Positions 1-7,725 of a stretch of DNA of 37,175 nt are shown here, piece after piece. The notes under the pieces were generated by a model. It saw only the letters and a list, made by a program, of their open reading frames with translations. It did no database searches and had not been told where the DNA came from. This stretch comes from an uncultured archaeon (lineage in GTDB: Archaea; Asgardarchaeota; Lokiarchaeia; Sigyniarchaeales; SOKP01). The translations under genes and the position numbers were made by a program. Where the stretch lies: the NCBI GenBank assembly GCA_964388035.1, contig CAYLZE010000046.1, forward strand, positions 1 to 37,175. The letters are read 5' to 3'. The first letter of the stretch is position 1; each line of letters begins with the position of its first letter.

Positions 1-54
1 GCCTCCATGTCCTTCTAATCTTGTAACAGGTTCTACTTCAATTTCTTTTACCAT
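1..54 (-). CDS. mvhA: [NiFe]-hydrogenase large subunit, group 3 (MvhA-like), N-terminus only; runs off the window edge
   Basis: Not in the ORF track. The reverse complement of 1-54 translates to MVKEIEVEPVTRLEGHGG, containing the N-terminal large-subunit motif PVTRxEGH. ATG is 3 nt after the small-subunit stop. Confidence 0.85.
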   Translation of the reverse strand, partial: MVKEIEVEPVTRLEGHGG

Positions 55-57
55 ATT

Positions 58-1380
58 TTATGCTCCACCTCTAAATTTTTTATTTTCTGCTAGTGTAAAT
101 TTCTCAAAGGTTCCAATGGGATCTTTAACTTGTGCTAATAATTGATCCTTCGATAGTCCTACATTAAAACCCTTAATAACCGTATCGGCATATCGCTCTG
201 CTTGGTTTACGCCCGGAATGGTTTGTCCATAACAACCCGTGCATGGAGCATTCACTCTAATGCATAAACCACCACAGCCAGCTTTAGTTACAGGTCCCAT
301 ACAAATATAACCTTGTTCAATGAAACAATCCTCTTGGTTAGGTAGACCTTGATAATCCCTCTTCACTTTATCCATTTTCATTCTACCTCGAATGCGTGGA
401 CAAGTATCACAAACATTCGAGATTTCATGAAAGTCTCGATGTTCTCGAAGGTATCCAAGGAGATTAGTTGCAATATCCGTAGTAACAGATGGAAGTCCTC
501 CTATTGGAGTTTGAGCTTCTCCTTTTAATTTAATTTGCTTGAGAATGTCTGCGGATAATTCAAATCCCGCCATTAAAGGAACACTCAAGAATAAGGATAA
601 GAACTCGTATGCACTCTTTTTCTCTCCAGAACTGACCGAAGAGAGATTTCGAGTTAGAGTCTTCAATTTTTCTGCCCTATTCGCTACGGTTTTTGAAGGT
701 CCAAAGCATCCTACACAAGGATCCCCCTTACTAGGACATTTTAAAGAACATCCTACACTCGTGACTGGCCCAAAGCATACCTTGCCTGCATCTAAAATGC
801 ATCCACTTTCATTTAATGGGCAATCAGTGCAGAATGGTTTTTCGTTTTGAGGAAATCCTTTTTGTCCGAGTAAGAACTGAACAGCACTAATTATAGCTTC
901 AGGTTTTGGAGGACATCCTGGGATGGAAACATCAACCTTTATGAGTTCCGCCACGGGAATGATCTTCGATTCAAAACCTGGAACGTGTTCATAGGGTTCT
1001 TTTGGAGATTCATCAGTTATTGATTCCGCTTGGACAAATTTTCTATTAATGACTTCTTGAATGTCCCATTCATTGGCTAACCCGTGTACGTTTCCATAAC
1101 ATGAGCAACTGCCAAAATTAATGATGAGTTGGCACTTTTGCCTCATGAGTTTAGTACCCTCAATATCTTCTTTTGTTCTGAGACTTCCTTCCACAAAACC
1201 AACTAAAATTTCACCATCTTGTCTTGCTTCCAAGGATTCATATTTGTAATCGATGACAGCTGGCCAATAAACAATTTCCAATTCTGGCAATATGGGTACC
1301 AATCCAAGATGAGCATTTAATAAGCTCTGGTGGCACCCCCAGCAATCGCTGTTTTGCCAAAAAGCAACTTTTACTGGCAT
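58..1380 (-). CDS. mvhG: [NiFe]-hydrogenase small subunit (MvhG/VhuG-like), extended by a duplicated C-terminal Fe-S module
   Basis: Proximal-cluster motifs CWGC, GSC and PGCPP. Two 8-Cys modules: CTDC...C...CFGPVT...C...C...PCVGC and CDTC...C...CMGPVT...C...C...PCTGC. Ends in the MvhG-like DPIGTFEKFTL. Directly upstream of the large subunit. Confidence 0.88.
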   Translation of the reverse strand: MPVKVAFWQNSDCWGCHQSLLNAHLGLVPILPELEIVYWPAVIDYKYESLEARQDGEILVGFVEGSLRTKEDIEGTKLMRQKCQLIINFGSCSCYGNVHGLANEWDIQEVINRKFVQAESITDESPKEPYEHVPGFESKIIPVAELIKVDVSIPGCPPKPEAIISAVQFLLGQKGFPQNEKPFCTDCPLNESGCILDAGKVCFGPVTSVGCSLKCPSKGDPCVGCFGPSKTVANRAEKLKTLTRNLSSVSSGEKKSAYEFLSLFLSVPLMAGFELSADILKQIKLKGEAQTPIGGLPSVTTDIATNLLGYLREHRDFHEISNVCDTCPRIRGRMKMDKVKRDYQGLPNQEDCFIEQGYICMGPVTKAGCGGLCIRVNAPCTGCYGQTIPGVNQAERYADTVIKGFNVGLSKDQLLAQVKDPIGTFEKFTLAENKKFRGGA

Positions 1381-1903
1381 GATTTTTTCAATTTCGAATT
1401 TTTTATGTTTTATTTTTATAATACTTTTTCTTAAAAAGTAATATACTTTGTATTAAATCGAAAAGAATTAAAAAGTTATTGTTATGGCGCGATTCATTGA
1501 GAAGTTGAATACGGGAGTGATATTGTGGGCAACAACTTGTGAACGTGGATTATGAATAATTATCCAAAATCCCAAGATATGGAATTAAAAGGGTTTGGAA
1601 CGAGTATTTTGTGAATATTTATTCAAAAAATCTGGGAACAATTCTTTGATTTAATAGAAAGCTGAACTTGAATATTAAAAAAATCTCAAATTTTCAATCT
1701 AAATTGAGGAATATGATTTGAAATTAACATTTAGTGGGATTATCAATAAGTTTTTTCCTTGCTTCAAGTTTTAAGATATCCCGATAAAATTTTAATATAC
1801 TTTCATAAAGATATTTTGGAATTTTAACCGTGATATTAGCACCTTTCTCGAACTTGATTCCTTTTTCCATTATTTTTATCGAACAAGATTCGGGTAACTT
1901 ATA

Positions 1904-1917
1904 GAAACATTTAAATA
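1904..1917 (+). promoter_or_regulatory. Candidate archaeal BRE-TATA promoter
   Basis: GAAACA followed by TTTAAATA, about 60 nt upstream of the ATG at 1980. AT-rich context weakens the call. Confidence 0.35.
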
Positions 1918-1979
1918 TATTCGATTTTTTTTTATAATTAAGTTAAAAAATTTTAAATTAAAGTTATAAAGTGAGGAAT

Positions 1980-2183
1980 ATGCATTCAGAAATTGAAAAT
2001 ATTTATGATTTAGAACAATTTAGGGGATCTGAAGTCGAAAATAAAGAGGAGAATCAAAATTTAACTGGAATTTCAAATTATTTTGAATTCTTGTTAGCAA
2101 GTTCTCCACGTTTAGTATTTGAAGTAGTTGATGAAAAAAACCGTAAAACCTATCAGAGAAGAATTAACATAGAAATTGAGTAA
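1980..2183 (+). CDS. Small hypothetical protein (67 aa from the ATG)
   Basis: Open ORF in very AT-rich DNA, with GTGAGGA just before the ATG and a candidate TATA upstream. No family recognised. Confidence 0.5.
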   Translation: MHSEIENIYDLEQFRGSEVENKEENQNLTGISNYFEFLLASSPRLVFEVVDEKNRKTYQRRINIEIE

Positions 2184-2326
2184 TTTATCTCAAGATAGGG
2201 ATAAAAAGTTTCGATCAATTTGATGTTGTATTTACGGGGTCTTTTCTTTAACCGTGAATCATTGTTAAATTGATTTTTTTCTTTCAATTTTCAATATTAA
2301 TTAAACATTGCACAATTCAGAAGATC

Positions 2327-4204
2327 ATGAATTTAGATATAAATAACAATTTTCAAGCTAATGATTCAATTATAGCTCTCATTGAAAATGTTGAGGATTA
2401 TGCAACTAGGAAAGAATGCATAGAGTGTTTGAACAATATTGATTTCAAAAATGAGATTATTTTTAAGTCTTTAGAGAATATATTAATCTCTGATGAGAAT
2501 AATGATATAAAATATGTTGCAGCAAAAGTAATCAAAAATAAATATTTAAATTTAGCATTAAATCCGTTTCTTTGGACATGTGAACATTGTACTTGTTATA
2601 AATGTTTAATTTTAATCATTCGCTCTCTAGGGGTCTTAGATGATGAGAATGTTAAATCATTTTTAATTAATAAGATTAAAAAACTTCAAATAGAAAATCA
2701 TGTAAAATTTGCTGATTCCTTGATTACGCAAGACGAGTTAGAATTATGCTCAAATCATCATCTTAGCGAGATTTTAATAAATCTTTTAACCATAGATTCT
2801 TTAAATAAAAAATTTGAACATTTGGATTATAAATTACAACAAGGTTTGGTTACTGAATTAGATTTTTCGCATGTTAACACAACCATTATTGATTGGAAAG
2901 AGCGTGAAGTTATTCAGGATCACTCAGATTTACTAGGAATTAAAAATTTAAAAAGTCTGAAAAAGTTAAAATTATTTCCCGAAGATCTTGTATTGAAAAA
3001 CGAATTCATATTTGAATGCTTACTTTCTATTCTAAAAGCTGTTGAGAAACTTCAAAATCATTTTTCTAAAGAAATTTTAATTTTCGAAATAAATCGTATA
3101 TATGGTTCTAAAGTTTCCGAAGTTCTAAATGATGTACTAGAACATTATTTAACTATATTTAATGTTCCTATACCAATTTTAGCAGATATTATCCGAAATT
3201 ATTATTCTATATTATTCTTGAAAAATAAATTTCCTAAAATTCACTATATTATGAAAAATGGACAAGTCAGAAAGATTGAACTAATAAATGCAAAAATTAT
3301 CACATTTCCAGATTTTATCATAAAAAACCTGACTTACCTCTCTCATTTAACATTAAAAAATTGTAATCTATATAAACTACCAGAGTCCTTAAATCTAAGC
3401 AAGCATCTAAAGGTTTTAAATATTGAAGGAAATAAGGTGGAGATTCTCCCCAAATGTCTATTTGAACTAAGATCCTTGAAAATCTTGAATTTAAAAAAGA
3501 ATAACTTGATTAAATTACCAATTATAATCAATAAATTAAAAAATCTCACGTATCTTAATTTAGCAAGTAATAAATTAACATCAGTACCTTATTCCATCGG
3601 ATCTTTAGTGAAATTAAGAGTTTTAGATTTATATAGTAATAAATTAAATAAAATTCCTGGATCCATAATCTTTCTACATAAATTAAAAATCTTAAATTTA
3701 GGGGCAAATAAACTCATTGGGTTATCAAAGCAATTTGGGTTCATCTCATCTCTTTCCCGATTAAATTTAAGTCATAACTATCTGAAATCTATTCCAAAAT
3801 CTTTTAAACACCTTAAATCATTAAGAGTATTAAATCTCGAGGGAAACTTGTTAACTTCACTTCCTCGATCGCTTAAACAATTAAAGCGTTTAGAATATTT
3901 AAATCTTAATGATAATCGATTAGCACATTTTTCTCTTAGCGCAGAATCTTTTATTTCCCTAAAATTCTTAGACATTTCTTGTAATAATTTGATATGGATT
4001 CCAAAATCTATTAAACGGCTTTCTAATCTTAAAAGGTTGGATTTAAGTCAAAACAAGATAATAGCGTTTTCAGAATCATTTTTTGCTCTAAAATCTTTAG
4101 AAGTGTTAATATTATTTGATAATCAAATATCTTCTATTCCTAATTCAATAGAAAAAATGAATAACTTAATTAAATTCGACATTAGTTTCAATTTAATTAA
4201 TTAA
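2327..4204 (+). CDS. HEAT-like/leucine-rich repeat protein
   Basis: About 13 tandem 23-aa LRRs (LxxLxLxxNxLxxLPxx) in the C-terminal half and a helical HEAT-like N-terminus. ATG at 2327 is preferred to TTG at 2270. Confidence 0.9.
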   Translation: MNLDINNNFQANDSIIALIENVEDYATRKECIECLNNIDFKNEIIFKSLENILISDENNDIKYVAAKVIKNKYLNLALNPFLWTCEHCTCYKCLILIIRSLGVLDDENVKSFLINKIKKLQIENHVKFADSLITQDELELCSNHHLSEILINLLTIDSLNKKFEHLDYKLQQGLVTELDFSHVNTTIIDWKEREVIQDHSDLLGIKNLKSLKKLKLFPEDLVLKNEFIFECLLSILKAVEKLQNHFSKEILIFEINRIYGSKVSEVLNDVLEHYLTIFNVPIPILADIIRNYYSILFLKNKFPKIHYIMKNGQVRKIELINAKIITFPDFIIKNLTYLSHLTLKNCNLYKLPESLNLSKHLKVLNIEGNKVEILPKCLFELRSLKILNLKKNNLIKLPIIINKLKNLTYLNLASNKLTSVPYSIGSLVKLRVLDLYSNKLNKIPGSIIFLHKLKILNLGANKLIGLSKQFGFISSLSRLNLSHNYLKSIPKSFKHLKSLRVLNLEGNLLTSLPRSLKQLKRLEYLNLNDNRLAHFSLSAESFISLKFLDISCNNLIWIPKSIKRLSNLKRLDLSQNKIIAFSESFFALKSLEVLILFDNQISSIPNSIEKMNNLIKFDISFNLIN

Positions 4205-4295
4205 CTAGAATTTACTAACACCACTTAAACTATACTAGATAGCTTAAATTGTTAAAAGCATAGAAAAAGTTATATAATCATTTGAATTAAAATGA

Positions 4296-5039
4296 TTTAA
4301 AATAGTATATAATTCCAATTCGGTCAACAAATTTTTAAAGAAAGCAGAGTACTATGCAAAATATCGCCCCAGCTATCCTTTTGTTATCATTAAAACCCTT
4401 AAAGAAAAAGGAGTATTACATGAAAAAGATAAGATCGCGGACATTGGGTCTGGAACGGGAATTTTATCCCGATTGTTTTTAGATTCTGGATATGAAGTAT
4501 GGGGGGTGGAACCGAATATCGAAATGAGAAAAGGTGCCGAAAAATTACTAACCTCTTACCAAAACTTTATAAGTATTCAAGGATCAGCAGAACATACTTT
4601 TCTCCCTTCTAATTCTTTTGATGTGGTCAGTGCTGGGCAACCTTTTCATTGGTTCAATCCAATAGAAGCTAAAAAAGAGTTCAAGAGGATTTTAAAGAGA
4701 TCTGGTAATGTTCTTTTGGTCTGGAATAGAAGGGAAGATAGTGGAACACCATACGGCATCTTTTTGAGAAAAAATTCAAAAAATTATGAAAAGATAAAGT
4801 GGAAACATAAAAATCTTGATTTTTCAAATTTCTTCAAATTTTATGACCACATTCAGATAGATAACCCTAAAAAGTTAAATTAGGAAGATTCAAAAGGATT
4901 AACTCTTAGTTATTACTATTTTCCGAACCAATTTTCCCCAGAAATGGAAGGAGAATTAAAGAGTATTTTTAATCAACGGAAAACAGATGGTATCTTCATT
5001 CTAAATTATACAATACATTTACATTATGGGAGAATTTGA
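4296..5039 (+). pseudogene. Class I SAM-dependent methyltransferase, disrupted (no canonical start, internal TAG)
   Basis: The same frame as ORF 4473-4883 extends upstream to NSVNKFLKKAEYYAKYRPSYP...IADIGSGTGILSRLF with no ATG/GTG/TTG. After the TAG at 4881-4883 it continues as EDSKGLTLSYYYFP...ELKSIFNQ...HLHYGRI to TGA at 5037-5039. Confidence 0.75.
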
Positions 5040-5177
5040 ATAATAATATTTAAAAATTGTATGATCGAATAATTTGAAGAATTAATAAATGCAATAAGTA
5101 GGACGAGGAAATTCTGACGAAAAAGAGAGATCAATTATATATTTTTAAAAATATTTTAGATTTTCCAATTTATAGTT

Positions 5178-6272
5178 TCAGTCACTTGAATATTTATAAG
5201 CTATGCTACAAGTTCCCTCATGCGAGACCATGCAAGGGCCAATGGGATTCATTGGTGTACACGTGGTTCTGAAAAGTTTGCATTCTTGAGGATGCAATTT
5301 ACCCGTCATTACTAAGTGGCAAGAGCACCCAGGAGGGATATCCGTAGATTTTTTTATTTCAATATCGAATTTTTCATCCGCATCATATTTTTGATATAAA
5401 GATTTAATTTTCAACCCTCCATCCATTATTCTTCCGATTCCCCTCCATGGGGAGGATATTGTCTCAAAAACATCATTGATTATTTTCTGTGCAACCAGAT
5501 TTCCTTCAGGTTTAACCACACGAGAATATTCATTTAAAGTGTCATATTGCTTATTCTTAATAAGTTTTAAAAGCATTAATAGTGATAATAACACATCATT
5601 GGGCTCAAATCCCGCAATTACATTTGGAACGTGATAAGCATCAGAAAATAATCTAAAAGGTTTTAGTCCGATGATGCTTGCAACGTGTCCAGGAGAAATG
5701 AATCCATCAATATTAAGCCTGTCAATACTCATCAATAATTCTAATGCGGCAGGAATGAGCTTATGAGCGCATATCACTGAAAAATTTGGAGGAGGTTGAG
5801 CTGAAATTTCATAGCCTATTAATGGAACCGTGGTTTCAAACCCAATAGCAAAAAAGATTACTTCTTTAGACGGATTTTCTCTCGCGATTTTTATTGCATC
5901 ATTAGGCCCGTATACAATTCGCACATCTGCACCATTTGCTTTTAGTTCTGCCAGAGAGAGGGTGGTGGCAGGTACTCGAATCATGTCTCCAAAAGTTGCA
6001 ATAATTGTATCGTCTCGTTTTCCCAACTGAATCGCTTTATCAATATCGGCTGCAGGACATACACAAACAGGACAACCGGGTCCTGAGATAATTTCTAATT
6101 CGGGGGGCAATAAAGATCGTATTCCATATTTAGAAATGGTATGTTCATGAGTTCCGCATACGTGCATTATATGAATGGGTCTATTCAATTCTGCACAAAC
6201 CTTTTTTATGGAAGTAACAACCTTTTTGGTAAGGTCCTTATTCTTTAATGCACCTTGTCCCGGAAAGCTCAT
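5178..6272 (-). CDS. hypD: Hydrogenase maturation protein HypD
   Basis: Motifs CGTHE, GPGCPVC, GFETT, PGHVAS and GPCMVSHEGTC. Confidence 0.97.
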   Translation of the reverse strand: MSFPGQGALKNKDLTKKVVTSIKKVCAELNRPIHIMHVCGTHEHTISKYGIRSLLPPELEIISGPGCPVCVCPAADIDKAIQLGKRDDTIIATFGDMIRVPATTLSLAELKANGADVRIVYGPNDAIKIARENPSKEVIFFAIGFETTVPLIGYEISAQPPPNFSVICAHKLIPAALELLMSIDRLNIDGFISPGHVASIIGLKPFRLFSDAYHVPNVIAGFEPNDVLLSLLMLLKLIKNKQYDTLNEYSRVVKPEGNLVAQKIINDVFETISSPWRGIGRIMDGGLKIKSLYQKYDADEKFDIEIKKSTDIPPGCSCHLVMTGKLHPQECKLFRTTCTPMNPIGPCMVSHEGTCSIAYKYSSD

Positions 6273-6430
6273 TTTTGTTAGTTTCTATAACCTACTTTTT
6301 TATAATTAAATAAATGTCTTGAAATTAATAAAGGGAATCAATATTAGAATGAAAAATGATATCTCTTTTATTTATAAAAAATGCTTGGTAATTTTAAAAT
6401 GAGGTATTTAGGTGAATTTAAGAAAATGGT

Positions 6431-7480
6431 TCAACAAATTCTTGGAATCACCTCACCTAGTGGTACATCCACGAATCTGGTGCCCCCAATAATAGTATTT
6501 AATAAAACCCTCTTGGGATGATCTACTTTGACTTCTCCAATTATTTGAGCATCTATTCCAATAGAGGTATTTTTTATTTTTTCTAAAACTTCTTGAGCGT
6601 GATTTGGATCAACGGATAATATAGCTCTTCCTTCGGAAGCGATATTAAACGGATCTAGCCCCAGCATCTCGCAGATCGCCTCCACTTCCTTTTTAATGGG
6701 TATGTTTTCCTCATCGATATAGATACTTTTATTAGATTTAGTTGACCAATCATTTAATGCTGCCGCAATCCCTCCCCGGGTAGGATCTTTCATGGCGTGA
6801 ACGACATTATCCTTTATCTCCTTCTCAATGGCTTTATAAATAGGAATTAGAACTGCGAGGTCTGATTTAAGTTCCGTTGATATATTCAAGCCCTCTCGCG
6901 AAGCCATTAAAGCCGTTCCATGATCACCAATGGTACCTGTAATTATAATCTTATCTCCCGGTCGAAGATTCTTATCCTCAATTTTAATATTTTTATCTCG
7001 AACACCAATTCCGGTTGTAGCCATAATCATTTCATTTAATGTTCCTCGCGGCATTACTTTCGTATCTCCCGCGATAATTGCAAGATTGATTTCATTGGCG
7101 GTCGAATTAAATGATTTCATGACTTTTGCTAAGACTTCAAATTTCAAGCCTTCCTCGATAATTACGATTGATGTTAAGGCTAGCGGTACGCCCCCCATCA
7201 TTAAAATATCATTTACCGTGCCACATATGCTTAATTTTCCTAAATCTCCTCCCGGAAAGAAAAGAGGATGAACCGTGTGTCCATCTGCCGTAATGACGAG
7301 CTCTTTCTTGTAATTTTCTAAAGGAATGGTTGCTCCATCATCCATTTCTTCTATTCCTATCCCTTGATTGACTTTCTTTAATGTAATATCCTTGGTAATG
7401 AATTTTATTAATTCTTCTTGTAATATGCCGCCAGCACCGTGGGCTAATCTCACGCTTTTAGAACTCTCATTTTTCTCCAT
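6431..7480 (-). CDS. hypE: Hydrogenase maturation carbamoyl dehydratase HypE
   Basis: Motifs HGAGG, FFPGGDLGKL, GDTKV and DPTRGG, with the C-terminal PRIC. Confidence 0.97.
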   Translation of the reverse strand: MEKNESSKSVRLAHGAGGILQEELIKFITKDITLKKVNQGIGIEEMDDGATIPLENYKKELVITADGHTVHPLFFPGGDLGKLSICGTVNDILMMGGVPLALTSIVIIEEGLKFEVLAKVMKSFNSTANEINLAIIAGDTKVMPRGTLNEMIMATTGIGVRDKNIKIEDKNLRPGDKIIITGTIGDHGTALMASREGLNISTELKSDLAVLIPIYKAIEKEIKDNVVHAMKDPTRGGIAAALNDWSTKSNKSIYIDEENIPIKKEVEAICEMLGLDPFNIASEGRAILSVDPNHAQEVLEKIKNTSIGIDAQIIGEVKVDHPKRVLLNTIIGGTRFVDVPLGEVIPRIC

Positions 7481-7725
7481 ATATTAAAGAAAGATCGCCT
7501 AATAATAAGAATTTGGTTTAAAAAACTTTATAAAAGTCATGACTTGATTTTATTTTTTACTAAAGATATGATTCTTGTTAATAATTATACAAATTCTTTT
7601 GAAAGTGATAATAGTAATATTCATCACCTACTAACCACACGATAGCACAGAATTATTAATACAATTCTTTTTTCTAAAAAAAGGATGGGATTTATATTTT
7701 AACGGCTTTTTAATTAACTTGATAG

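Noticed and set aside
1484-1615. Slightly GC-richer intergenic stretch with a short ORF (MARFIEKLNTGVILWATTCERGL) ending in TGA; considered as a selenoprotein or mvhD remnant
   Set aside because: Read-through adds only 10 codons, there is no MvhD motif, and no SECIS-like structure was recognised.
4881-4883. Genome-wide TAG-to-pyrrolysine recoding
   Set aside because: Other genes in the window end at TAG with normal C-termini, and the same gene also lacks a start codon, which favours decay.
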